DNA from: Minisyncoccota bacterium
Lineage (GTDB): Bacteria; Patescibacteriota; Minisyncoccia; Phycocordibacterales; JABAAK01
NCBI GenBank assembly: GCA_965216295.1
Contig: OZ244141.1
Span: 4,864-68,863 of the forward strand
Direction: 5' to 3'
Length of the DNA: 64,000 nucleotides
Shown here: positions 11,706-23,400 of the stretch, piece after piece
Layout: each line of letters begins with the position of its first letter
Position numbering within the stretch: position 1 is the stretch's first letter
Notes under the pieces: generated by a model
What the model saw: only the letters and a program-made list of their open reading frames with translations
What the model was told of the DNA's origin: nothing
Database searches by the model: none
Program-made: the position numbers and the translations under genes

Positions 11706-13061
11706 CTATGATGCCGTTATCCCTAACTTTTGTAGACGACCAGCAATATTTTCGTACCCACGATCGATAACCTGTTTGTTATACAGAACAGTTTCACCAT
11801 CAGCAAGAATGGCAGCGAGAACACAGGCAAAGCCAGAACGAATATCGACAGCAACAACTGACGTTCCTTTTGGATGTTTACCATTCAAAGGATGTGTCCG
11901 TGCCCTACTATTATCCAAGTATTCAATATCAAACCCAAACTTTCGCAACTCTGTTATTTGTGCCGCCATTCTCTCTTCAAAGATAGTTTCCTGAACAGTG
12001 TGTGTGTCGTTAACCTGTGTCAGAAAAACAAGTGTTGGTGTTTGTAAGTCAGTCGGGAATCCTGGATACTCCTTTGTGGTAATGGATAGTGATTTTTTGT
12101 TGGTAAAGGAAAAATCTTCTGGAATGCAGAGGTGAATACTTTCTGCTGTCTCGGTGATGCCTGGAACCCCAAGAGTACGGAGTAATTCCACCACCACTCG
12201 CACATGCTGTGGTTGGCAGTTTGTAATGGTAATGTCACGACCAACTGAAGCAGCAAGAAGGAGCCAAGAACCTGTTTCAATTCTATCTGGAATATTCGTA
12301 AACGGAACTGAAGCAACAAGCGGAACACCACCAGTACCATCAATACTCAGCGTTTCTGTGCCAATGCCACGTATTGTGCCACCATTGTCAACAAAAAATT
12401 GTAGGAGATTTTCAATCTCTGGTTCTAACGCACAGTTCTGTATCACTGTTGTGCCAGAAGCAAGCAATGCCGTCATTGCCGCTGTCATCGTACCGACAAC
12501 ACTCTTTCGCGGAAAGGCAAAAGTTGTACCAGAGAGTCCTTGTGGTGCCTCACAGACTATATGTCTGTCATTGATATGCACTGTGGCACCGAGTGCTCGA
12601 TAGAAATCAAGATAAAAATCAATGGGACGCTTACCAATAGAGCATCCTCCAGGACCAGCTTTAGGGATGCAACAACGACCAGTACGAGCAAGACAGGGAC
12701 CAGAAAAAGCAACAACTCCTCTAGTCTCTGCAACCTCATCAGCTGGTAAATCAGATCCCACCTGTTTCGGCACGACGACAGAAACATCACCATTTGCACG
12801 ATGACACGTAATACCAAGTGATTTGAGAATACGCAGAAGTGATGCTACATCACTGACTGTCGGCACATTGTGTAAGGTAAAATCACCTTGAAAGATAACC
12901 GCAGAGGCAAGTGCTGGGAGAATACCATTCTTTGAAGGAGCAATCGGTATAACACCAGAAATGATCCTTTGACCACCACAACCAACAATACGGAGAACAT
13001 CCGTAGTATCATTTCGATTATCATGCCCTACATGTAGCAATCCATCAAGTGATGTCTTCAT
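11706..13061 (-). CDS. murA: UDP-N-acetylglucosamine 1-carboxyvinyltransferase (MurA).
   Basis: EPSP-synthase fold signature ISGVIPIAPSKNGILPALASAVIFQGDFTLHNVP and a C-terminal RGYENIAGRLQKLGI motif. Length 451 aa. Confidence 0.85.
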   Translation of the reverse strand: MKTSLDGLLHVGHDNRNDTTDVLRIVGCGGQRIISGVIPIAPSKNGILPALASAVIFQGDFTLHNVPTVSDVASLLRILKSLGITCHRANGDVSVVVPKQVGSDLPADEVAETRGVVAFSGPCLARTGRCCIPKAGPGGCSIGKRPIDFYLDFYRALGATVHINDRHIVCEAPQGLSGTTFAFPRKSVVGTMTAAMTALLASGTTVIQNCALEPEIENLLQFFVDNGGTIRGIGTETLSIDGTGGVPLVASVPFTNIPDRIETGSWLLLAASVGRDITITNCQPQHVRVVVELLRTLGVPGITETAESIHLCIPEDFSFTNKKSLSITTKEYPGFPTDLQTPTLVFLTQVNDTHTVQETIFEERMAAQITELRKFGFDIEYLDNSRARTHPLNGKHPKGTSVVAVDIRSGFACVLAAILADGETVLYNKQVIDRGYENIAGRLQKLGITAS

Positions 13062-13076
13062 AGGGGTAGTAAAAAT

Positions 13077-13715
13077 TTAACGGTGACACAGCGTTCTTGA
13101 GAACTGGAAAAGTAAAATAATTGAAAGAAGTGAAGTAATAGTAACCAAAAAATAGACGACAATTTGAATAGCAATAAAGGTTGGTGTTATAGCAAGCTGA
13201 CCTAAAGCCGAGAATGGAATGATTGCCAACAGAGAAAACAACACGAGAAAACCACTGGTCAAAATACCAAACATACCAGTTGCCCCAGCTAAGATGCCAA
13301 GCCGTCGCCATGCTTTTGCCAATGCGTGATAGAACAGCATTCCAATAAGGGAAAGTGCTATTGGCCAAATACCATAGAGAACAGAAAAGATTTGATCAAT
13401 GAGAGATGGTGCTGATTGATTTAAAAATAAAAGAAGGGTGCTGAGTATGATAGCACCAGATACTGAAACAGCAATATAGATAAGTGCATACAGAGCAAGG
13501 CGTTTACTTCGTACCGTCACACCAGCCATATAGTACCCTGCTTGAGTTATGGTAATGAAAAAGACAGACAACACCGTGAGAGTAATAAAGGTGGTAAGTG
13601 AAAACTCACCAACACTCAGAAATCTCCAAAGGACATCGACAAAGAGATATCCCACACTTGCAATTCCCGCAAGAAAATAAATGTTGCCGCACATTGCATT
13701 CTGAAATGACTTCAT
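13077..13715 (-). CDS. Hypothetical integral membrane protein (5-6 TM).
   Basis: Uniformly hydrophobic helices and no soluble domain. Confidence 0.45.
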   Translation of the reverse strand: MKSFQNAMCGNIYFLAGIASVGYLFVDVLWRFLSVGEFSLTTFITLTVLSVFFITITQAGYYMAGVTVRSKRLALYALIYIAVSVSGAIILSTLLLFLNQSAPSLIDQIFSVLYGIWPIALSLIGMLFYHALAKAWRRLGILAGATGMFGILTSGFLVLFSLLAIIPFSALGQLAITPTFIAIQIVVYFLVTITSLLSIILLFQFSRTLCHR

Positions 13716-13782
13716 ATGTATATATGGTAAGAACTATACCACCCATTTCACAACTTTCATAACACCCAATAGTATACCACCT

Positions 13783-15180
13783 TTAGACACGTCGTTGGTT
13801 TGCCTCCTTGGTTGCAACGCCAAAGTCCTGTTCAAGAGCCTCAGCAAGGAAATCCGCTCCAAGAATGGCAACCATCTTTTTTGTATCAACAATACCGTTG
13901 TAGAGGCACGTTGTTGCTCCCGGAGAAGGCGTGACATTAAATAGTATGTGATCACCTTGCAATTTCGCCTCACCCAAGCTTAGTGGTATCTTAGTGGCAG
14001 TATTGACGATTTGCGGTCGAACACCACCCTGCCCTCGTGCTCGTTGCACTTCAGAGAATGTAACGGTAGGAATAATCTTTCGCACCTCTTTCATAAAAAG
14101 GTAGTTACCAAGAAATGGAATCTGGAAGAGTATGTTGTGCTTTATCGCATAGAAGAAGAAATCAACATCAAGTAAAATACGAATGTACGATACGATACTG
14201 CCAAAAAGTGGTGAGAGTGTTGAGAAGAATTCCCTCACAGTGCTATATCGATGCCGTTCAAGCATAAAAACCATTCGTGTGGTTGGACCAAACCTTGTTT
14301 TGGTACTATCTAAAATATCTGGGTCACCGTGTACTGCAGAAAACGGTAATTTTGGATTTTGTACTGTATAGACCTTCGTGGTGATGTGCTTTGGTGTGTA
14401 ATAAAAATTACCAGCAACACAGAGAAGAGAGAGCTTCTGTGCCTCTGGGAGATGCATTTGTTTTGCAAACAACATACTGTGTGCACCAGCACAGACAGAA
14501 ACAAAACGACAACGGTATACTTCCCGATTGGTGGTGACAGTAAACTGCCCATTCTCATCTCGCTCTATTTTTTGTACCTCTGTATTAAATGCAACATGGA
14601 AATTTTTTCCTGTTACTTTTGAGTGTGCCTGTGCATCTTCAAGTAGTGATTGTGCTAGTATTCCGTAGTTTACCGTTAGCCCGTCTTTGTTGTAGAGCGC
14701 AGAGAGTCGTTGCCAAGCAGGTCTGCCTTCAAGTATCTTCGGTTCAACAGCCCCTATCTCATTTCTACTTAACTGTTCAAGGGTTGGATACAGAGAAGCA
14801 ATTTCTTCAAATCGCTTCTTTAAAAAAGAAACTTCATCGTCACCAATCCCGAGTACCATTTTTGGTCCTCGTAAAAAAAGCCCTTCTTTCTCTTTCGTCT
14901 GCACGTAGTGGCGTACAAATGCCGATTTCTGCTTTACTGCTGCTGCCTTCTCAAATGTATAGTTTGTCTCAATATCCCCTTCATGCAGAGTTTGTGAGTT
15001 ACTCGTTGCATGAGAATTAATAAATCCAGCATCGCTTTCTTTTTCAAGAAGAACAACATTCTGCAAATTGGTATACTTTGCCATGGCAAAGAACTGTGCG
15101 GCACCTGACACACCAGCACCAATAACAACAACGTCAAGTACGTCCTTGTTAGTATTGTTCGTAGTATCCATTGGATTCAT
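13783..15180 (-). CDS. mqo: FAD-dependent malate:quinone oxidoreductase-like protein.
   Basis: N-terminal DVVVIGAGVSGA FAD fold. Blocks matching Mqo: ..ETNYT.., GDDEVSFLKKRFEEI, RFVSVCAGAHSMLFAKQMHLPEAQK and TPSPGATT. Confidence 0.55.
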   Translation of the reverse strand: MNPMDTTNNTNKDVLDVVVIGAGVSGAAQFFAMAKYTNLQNVVLLEKESDAGFINSHATSNSQTLHEGDIETNYTFEKAAAVKQKSAFVRHYVQTKEKEGLFLRGPKMVLGIGDDEVSFLKKRFEEIASLYPTLEQLSRNEIGAVEPKILEGRPAWQRLSALYNKDGLTVNYGILAQSLLEDAQAHSKVTGKNFHVAFNTEVQKIERDENGQFTVTTNREVYRCRFVSVCAGAHSMLFAKQMHLPEAQKLSLLCVAGNFYYTPKHITTKVYTVQNPKLPFSAVHGDPDILDSTKTRFGPTTRMVFMLERHRYSTVREFFSTLSPLFGSIVSYIRILLDVDFFFYAIKHNILFQIPFLGNYLFMKEVRKIIPTVTFSEVQRARGQGGVRPQIVNTATKIPLSLGEAKLQGDHILFNVTPSPGATTCLYNGIVDTKKMVAILGADFLAEALEQDFGVATKEANQRRV

Positions 15181-15207
15181 ACGGCATTATATTTCTGCGA
15201 CACCACT

Positions 15208-15870
15208 CTATGACTGTATGTCTGCAACACTGATGAATTGTGAGAAACTCTCACACCAAATAACGACACTATTAAGCCCAGTAATGTCTAAATCATCAGG
15301 TAATGTAAAGACCTGATAACCACTAAACTGATTCATTTCACCAATATCAATCGACTTGTCTTTGAGGGCAAGGAATGCAGATCCTGTTTCCACATTCACT
15401 CCTGGCACAAGGTACACGTGATATGCGGGTCCATTTGTTACACGAAAGTCTTCACCAGTTACCAATTTCTTTTTCCCATCAAAGTCAACAATCATGACAT
15501 TCCCCCACCCTCGATGAGCAGGATCAGAACCTTGTGCGTCTGGATTAAAAGTACCAGTTCGTAAAATTGTGACTTGTGGTTTTTGCTGAGGTATTTTTTC
15601 TGTCTCTGTTACATCACCATCTGTATCTACAATTTTTTCCGTTTCATCTTCTTGTGTTAGTGTCTCAGAGTCAATTACTTCAACTTCTACTGGAAGAACA
15701 CCAGGAAGTACTGAAACCGCTTCATTTTTTCGCAATGCATCAATAAGTGCAATATCAGATTCAGTCTTTGGTTTCTCAACAGATCGATGAGTGATATATA
15801 TAAAACCCGCAATGATGACAAGAATAACAATAAAGATACCAATCTTATTCATATTTGCAGTATGAACCAT
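15208..15870 (-). CDS. Membrane-anchored DM13-domain protein.
   Basis: N-terminal TM helix, acidic linker, then a DM13-like block GTFNPDAQGSDPAHRGWGNVMIVDFDGKKKLVTGEDFRVTNGPAYHVYLV. Confidence 0.55.
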   Translation of the reverse strand: MVHTANMNKIGIFIVILVIIAGFIYITHRSVEKPKTESDIALIDALRKNEAVSVLPGVLPVEVEVIDSETLTQEDETEKIVDTDGDVTETEKIPQQKPQVTILRTGTFNPDAQGSDPAHRGWGNVMIVDFDGKKKLVTGEDFRVTNGPAYHVYLVPGVNVETGSAFLALKDKSIDIGEMNQFSGYQVFTLPDDLDITGLNSVVIWCESFSQFISVADIQS

Positions 15871-15931
15871 TGCTCTAATAATATCAATACGCTACAATAC
15901 ACACATCATTGAAATTAATTTTTTGTAATAT

Positions 15932-16501
15932 ATGGGTAAGTATATAAAATATATACGAGAACACTTCCTCGTGATTCTTGCATTCGCCCTCCCTGTTTTC
16001 GTCATCATTGGAGTTGTTCTGAGTATCTATCTACCAAAACAACCACCGCTGACAACGTATACCTTTCTCTATAGCCACTGCAACTATTATTACGCATGTA
16101 CAGGTCACTACCATATCTCAGAGGATGGTGACATTTATCTAAAACAAAAGGATGAGAAAGGTGCTCGCCATACATCATTACTTGAAGATCCGATGCTCTT
16201 TATCTACAATCCAACGACCGATACCAACACAAGTATCACAATAGAAGAGGCACAAAATATATCGTTAAACAAGAGTACCACCTCACCAGATAATGTGCAG
16301 TTGTACTATCAGAGAGGAAATGATAGTAATATTCCATTTCTTTTAGAAAGTGTGACAGGATACGGTACTCGTCCTGGGCATGGGTACTTTTTTCAAAAAG
16401 ACGACATGACACAGAGAGTAAACCTCATCATGAATGTACAACGGAATGGTAGAGGAGTTAATAAGTATGATTACTCCTTCATTGGGTGGATTATAGAATA
16501 A
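15932..16501 (+). CDS. Hypothetical membrane-anchored protein.
   Basis: A single N-terminal TM helix followed by a domain of unknown function. Confidence 0.4.
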   Translation: MGKYIKYIREHFLVILAFALPVFVIIGVVLSIYLPKQPPLTTYTFLYSHCNYYYACTGHYHISEDGDIYLKQKDEKGARHTSLLEDPMLFIYNPTTDTNTSITIEEAQNISLNKSTTSPDNVQLYYQRGNDSNIPFLLESVTGYGTRPGHGYFFQKDDMTQRVNLIMNVQRNGRGVNKYDYSFIGWIIE

Positions 16502-16504
16502 AGT

Positions 16505-17485
16505 ATGGGGTATACTGAAAACAATATGGAAAGGACTGAGTTGCAAGAAAATAGTGATACCCCAACAGAGGTGACTCCTCAGAAAAAATCAAAAATTGAT
16601 GTTAAGAAAATCCTCTATTCGGTGGCTGCTGTTTTTGTCATTATCGGACTGCGAGAATATCTAGGAGAGATATGGTCTCTCGTTGGACCGTTTGGAAGAA
16701 TTGCCTTAACACTTCTTCTCGGTATTGCTCTAACCGTCAGTGCTATGATTTTGGTGAAACAAAGGAAGATACACGTGGGTGGTAGTGTTCTTCATTTCAT
16801 TGGAGGTCTCTTGGTGGCAGCTGGTATATCTCTTGTTCTGTTTGAGTTGCATTCTAGAGAATTTCTTATCGATAATCTTTTTTGGTTATCAGCATTCCTA
16901 TTCTTCATTATGACTGGTGTGTATGCCTTTCTTGCGCACAAAGAGAGGGGTGTTGGTCACAGTGTTTTTGTCTTTATGGCAGTATCTGCATTTACCACTA
17001 CTGCAATATTCGCGCTCAGAGCAATTTCTGATACAATAATATTCAAGCTCAAAATAATTTTTGATATTGATGTTTTTTTAAGTGATTTATATACCTATCT
17101 TTCAATAGCAATTGGTGTTTTGTATATAGCGCTCGCTTACATGCAAAAAGAGACACTACACAGATACCTCTCTCGTTTTCTATACATCTTTGGCTATTTA
17201 GGAATATACGCTAGTTTTTTTGAACAAGCAGTTCTGCACAAATCTATTCCGTGGGAAGTGGCAGGATACTTTATCATCGTTCTTGGTTTTTATTTGTCTA
17301 GATATATGAATAGCAGAATACTTCTGGTGATGGGCATTCTTTTTCTTGTCCCACAAATCTTCTATACAGCAAGTGAACACTTCTCTCTCACTAACTGGCC
17401 TATCATGCTCATCATTCTCGGAGTACTTGTTGCCATCTTTGGTTACCTTTCAACAAGACTCTCTCTATTTTCTAAACAAAACTAG
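16505..17485 (+). CDS. Hypothetical polytopic membrane protein (about 8 TM).
   Basis: Repeated hydrophobic helices. It begins 4 nt after the previous ORF. Confidence 0.45.
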   Translation: MGYTENNMERTELQENSDTPTEVTPQKKSKIDVKKILYSVAAVFVIIGLREYLGEIWSLVGPFGRIALTLLLGIALTVSAMILVKQRKIHVGGSVLHFIGGLLVAAGISLVLFELHSREFLIDNLFWLSAFLFFIMTGVYAFLAHKERGVGHSVFVFMAVSAFTTTAIFALRAISDTIIFKLKIIFDIDVFLSDLYTYLSIAIGVLYIALAYMQKETLHRYLSRFLYIFGYLGIYASFFEQAVLHKSIPWEVAGYFIIVLGFYLSRYMNSRILLVMGILFLVPQIFYTASEHFSLTNWPIMLIILGVLVAIFGYLSTRLSLFSKQN

Positions 17486-17495
17486 GTAGTGGTTG

Positions 17496-20400
17496 CTATA
17501 AAGAAGGTGCGCCATTGGAGTAAAAGGTGGTAACTGGAGTCGGAAGATGGATTGGTTCTTTTAGTGTTGATTGAGTTGTCGACTGCTGTTCTTGTGAGTT
17601 TTTCTTTGGAACCCCATTTTGTTTTTTTGCTGGTTGAACGATATCATTTATAAATACTGGAGTTGTCGGTAAACTAGGTGCATTGATATTTGTGTTGAAG
17701 TGAGTATTCTCTGGAATAACGATACTTTGAGGAGGTGATAGTGCTGATTTTTGTGCTCTGAGGATAGTGATTCTTTCGAGGAGTGCGTTGATTGCTTTTC
17801 TGAGCATAGTAATGGTGCCGGCGGTATCACCACGGTCTGGTTGAATAATGATTATTTCTTCTGGTATGAGTTGTTTTGGTATGGATTGTTTTGGTATGGA
17901 TTGTTCTATTTGTTCTTGGATGTGCTGTATGGTTGCTGGTCCGAGGACACCGGTTGGTGCAGACAGTCCTAGTGGAGTGAGTATCTCTTCTTTGTATACT
18001 TCTTGGTATTGTTCCAGAGCTCTCTTGGTTGCTGGTCCAAAGTATTCTGTTTCTTGTCCTGGTGATCCTGCTCCTTGGTCTGTAACGGTGAATCCTTGAT
18101 TGTTGAGGAACTGTTGTAGTTGTTTCACTTCTTTCTCTTCATCTCCTAGTTGTAACGATGTTGTAAATATAATTTTCCCGACAGGAACAATATCTTGTTC
18201 TACATCCTCACCAATGATTTTTCCTTCGCCATCATTATTGTCAAAGACGTCTGGAACGATTATAGACGTAATGGAACCGACAATTCCTCCTCCGCCGCCA
18301 CTTGAAGCTATTCTAAAAGATGGGATAGCGAAAGTATCAGCAGAGACATTCTCAACATCATCGGTAAATTGTATTGAACAATCTGAGTATGTTCCTGAAC
18401 TTGGTGAATTGAATGTAACGGTATATGTTCCTAACTCTTCGGTTGTTTCATAACTACCTTCAATTGTTTGTAAATCTTGACATTTTTCATCAAACGATGG
18501 TGTTAGAGTCTCTCCTGCTGTTCCACTAACATTAACTGTGAAGTAGGGTCTTGACTTTCTACTTGTATTTACCGCAGAGACAGAATTGATAACTGGAGCA
18601 TCATTATCTATTCGTATTTTCATTTTAACCATGTTCCCGGCTGCATCATGTACTACTACAATTGGTTTTGTATCATATTCTCCAGATGGAATGCCTGCTG
18701 GTATAATTTGCTCTGCATCAAATGTTTTTGAAGAAAGTGCCCCGTTTACTTGTATTGCATTACTATCTTCAACGACAAATGAAAGAGTTCTTGTTGTTCC
18801 TGCTTTAATAGGTGGTATGACAGTTTGGACTGGGCTGACAGTGTCTACAAATATTGTCAGTGTCGATTCTAATAGCTGCACACCATTTAAATCAAACTCT
18901 CTTACTGTGATGTTATATTCCCTGTCATTTGATCCTACAGAAGTGGGAAATGCACTCTTTGGAATTGTCACTGTTCCGCCAGTGCCGTCTCCATTGACGT
19001 ATGTACTACCATCAAAACTATACTTCCACGCTGTTCCTAATCTCTTTATTACGGTTATAGTTGAATCTGAAGTTATACCGTCTGATTTAGATATACCTGT
19101 GTCATTTGCAAGAGTTAGTGTCAAAGTGGGAGGTGTTAATGTAACATTTGCTGTACTCGCCTCACTGGCACTCCCAACAATATCATATACTATGGCTCGT
19201 ATTGTATATGTCCCAAACTCCAAGGTTGATAGGTTAAGGTTTGTTGTGTTTTCATCATTATCATTAAAAAAGTTACTAGTGTATGAACCAGATACCTGTT
19301 CATTATTTTGATTACGAATTTCATAATGAACGCTCCCTACACCACTACCTGAATCGGAAGCAGTTACGGAAACAATAAATGTTTCTGTTTTTTCTCGTAT
19401 GATTGTTGTTGCTGGTATATTAAAAGAATTGATAGTTGGAGGTGTTGTATCAGTGAATATAGTATATTTCTCATAGGAAAAATTATTGCCTTTTTGTTCC
19501 CGTATACAAATCTGAGCAGCACCATCGTTATCAAACACACCGTTATCACTCTTTATCGCAGTGGCACTATATCCAGAAATAGAATTACATGGCGTGGTCA
19601 CATTGGAGCTAGCAGCATATTGAAAAGTAAAACCTTCCGCCCCTTTTGCAACTATTATATCTATTGGCGGTGTGCTGTTTTTTACTTGTTTGCTAATATA
19701 ATGCCGGGATTCAGTGAGTACATTATCATCATGATCATAATCTATTATGGCGGGATTCTGTGTGTACGCTGATTTTTTTGTGACAGAATTAATACTTCTA
19801 ATCGGGTCGGAAGAGTTTCCTGCATTGTCATATACGCTAGCTTGTAGTGTATATGTTCCAGACAGAATGCCAGATAAATCAAGAGTTGTTGTTTGACGAT
19901 TACTAACAATTTGCTCTATAACCTCCTTAGGTGTAAAACTATTTGCAGGATCAATCGAATAGACAATTTTCCCTACCCTATTTATGTCTGCAATACCCGC
20001 CACAGTAACCTCAAATTGTGCTTGATTAGCTAATGTGATGCTATTTGAATCTGCAGAAATACCAGTAGCGGTTGGAGGTGTTGTGTCAACTATAAATTTA
20101 TATGATAAGTATGAGTAGTTGGCGTCAATGTGGTTTGTTCTTATACAGATTGTATAACCACCATCATTATCTATAACCGAATTACCAACCAAAATAGGGT
20201 TCGTACCATAATTCCTTAACGCAATATCACTACATTCTACGGCTGTACCAGACTGTATATTGTATTTGATATCAAAAAAACCTTCAATTCCATCTATAGT
20301 AATTATTGCCTGGGTTGTATTACTTTTTCCATCCTTATTTATAAAATGAATTTCTTCTGAACCATTATCATAGTTAACGATGAAATCTGCTGGTTGTAAA

Positions 20401-23400
20401 AATGATTTTAATACAACGCTTGTTGTACTCACCTCACTGGCATTCCCAGCATAATCATATACTGTGGCTTGTATTGTATATGTCCCAGACCTCAAAGCTG
20501 ATAAATCAAATTCTTTTAAATTTAGACCCAAAAAAAATTCACCAGTGATTGGACCCAGTACCCGTTCATCATTTTGGTCATAGATTTCATAGACAACTTC
20601 CTTTAATGCACTTTCTAAATCAACAGCAACTGTAGTAGCCGAAAACACCACATCACGAGTTTTTATAACTTCTGTTGTTGATGTAGAAAAAGAGGTAATA
20701 GACGGAAGCGTCGTATCTACAAATACAGGATATCTTGTATAGAAAAAGCCACCATCTCGTTCGGCTCGTATACAAATCAGTCCCTCTTGTGCTTCCAACA
20801 AAATTGATGAATCAGTTTTTATTGGATTTTCTGTATAAGAATCTAAAGAATCACATTTTATTGACGCAGTGACAATTGTGTTCCTATATTCAAATTCATA
20901 GGTTGAACTGGGGCTAGCAGCATATTGAAAAGTATAACCTTCCACTTCTTTTGCAACTATTATATCTATTGGTGTACCTTCTCTTGTCTCTTTGTTTATA
21001 TAGTGTTTAACTGCAGTGGATGGATCATTGTCATCATAATCTATTATGGCAGAGTTCTGTATATATTCTGGGCCTCTTACGATAGAATTGAGAAATTGAG
21101 TGACGTTTCTTGCGTTGTCATATATGCTAACTACTAGCGTATTATTAATTCCAGTTGGAGCAATAGATAAATCAAGAGTTGTCGTGTAATCGCCAGAGAT
21201 GGCCTCCACAATATCTTTTGGTATAAAACCACTTGCAGGAACAAATGAATATACGATTTTCCCCACTCCATTTGTGTCCGCGATACCCTCTATAACAACC
21301 TCAAAGTCTTCTGCGAGACTCTTTACTCGTTTACCATTAGCTCCAATCCCAAGTCCAAGTCCCGCCGGTGTGATTTCCTCTGCTGCAGAAACACCAGTAG
21401 CGGTTGGAGGTGTTGTATCAACTATAAAGTTGTATTTTACATAGACTGAACCAGAATCATTAGATGCTCGAATACAAATCGCATAATCACCATCATTCGT
21501 TATGGAATCCGTATCATTATATATTGGTGTGTCTGTATATGTAAGATTGCTATCACAGGCTGTGGCTGTATCAGACTGAATGCTATATCCAATACTATTA
21601 ACATTTGCAGGTTTTTCTACAGTAACGATTGGTGCTGGTTTTAATAAAGCATTCGTCGCCTTCTCATTGAGATAATTGATGTTGTTGTTATAACCTGTTT
21701 CTATGTATCTTCCACTTACTAGCACTAATGTACTAGGAAGAATATCACTATTATCATTCGGTCTTCCAATAGTATTACTTGTAGCCAAATCAATGAAGTT
21801 TTCTGCTTTGTCGTATACCCTAGCTTGTAGTGTATATGTTCCAAATAGAACACTAGATAAATCAAGGGTTGTTGTGTGATCGCCAGAAGCGACTATATCC
21901 TGCTTGGGTGTAAAACCACCTGCAGGATCAAGTGAATAGACAATCCTCTTCGCATCCGCTATGCCAGTTATTGAAACTTCAAACTCGGCTTGATTACTTG
22001 TTGTGATTTCATTTGATTTTGCAGAAATATCAGTAGCGGTTGGAGGTGTTGTATCAACTGTAAAGTTGTATTTTGTATAGACTGAATCAGAATTATTAGA
22101 TGCTTCAATACAAATCGCATAATCACCATCATCCGTTATGGAATCCGTATCAGTATATATTGGTGTGTCTGTATATGTAAGATTGCTATCACAGGCTATG
22201 GCTGTATCAGACTGAATGCTATATCCAATACCATCAACACCACCCTTTTGTGTTGCAGTGACTATTGGTGATTCTGTTAGACCTCTTGCAGCCTGATTGA
22301 GATAGTAGACTGTATCGCCAACATGCACGACCTTTAATGAAACCACATCTCCGACCGATATGAATGCCCGTCCAGCGGCTGATTGATTGCCCACTATTCT
22401 TTGTGCTTCAATTCTCTCGCCTTGATTGCCCCCTGTCAATATTTCTGAGTCAACGGTTATGTTGGAAATTTTCAGTGTTCGTCCGTCTGCTTTTGTTATA
22501 ACTAAATGAGAGTTTCTTTGTTTTGCCTCTTCAAAGATGAGGTGTAGGTCAGAGTATGTTGCTGGATCGTATTCGAAATACCAATTTTCAACACCCTGTA
22601 TTACATTGGTGTAAAACTCCAAACTAACGAAAGTTGCGTTAGCTCTCTTGGTGAATTGTTGTGTGATAGGAACATCTGTGTCAGGCAGTTTCGCGTTTAT
22701 TGCGCTCTTTACTAGAACAATCTGTTTCTCAACAACCTGTTTCTCAATAGTATCACTTGCAGTCAGATCAATGAAGTTTTCTGCATTGTCATATATTCTG
22801 GCTTGTAGTGCATATGTTCCATCTGGAATACCAGACACATCAAGAGTTGTTGCGTGATCGCCAGAGGAAAGTCTTTCGTTAGAGTCAGACTTTGTAATAT
22901 TTTTTGGTGTAAAACCACCTGCAGGATCAAGTGAATAGACAATATTCCGTATCCCCCCTGCATTCGCATCTGCTATGTCAGTTATTGAAACTCCAAACTG
23001 AGCTTGATTACTTAATGTGATGTCGTTTGAATCTGCAAAAACACCAGTAGCGGTTGGAGGTGCTGTATCAACTGTAAAGGCATATGCTGCATATGATGAA
23101 CTATTAGTATCAGATAATTGAATACAAATTTTATAGTCACCATCATTCGTTATAAGAGCCGTGTCAGTATATATTGGTGCATTTGCAGGACGATCATATG
23201 AAACCTTATTTGAATCATCACACTTTGCGCCTCGAAGATCTCCTCTAAGATTTAAAAGTTGGTATTTAACTGTTTCACTTGATGTTTTTTCTACAGTGAC
23301 TATTGGGAAATTCGCCAATCCTCTTGCTTGCTTGTTAAGATAATGAATCGAATCCCCTGTAGTAAAATTTTGGACTTTTATGTAGTCTCCTCCTTTTGTT

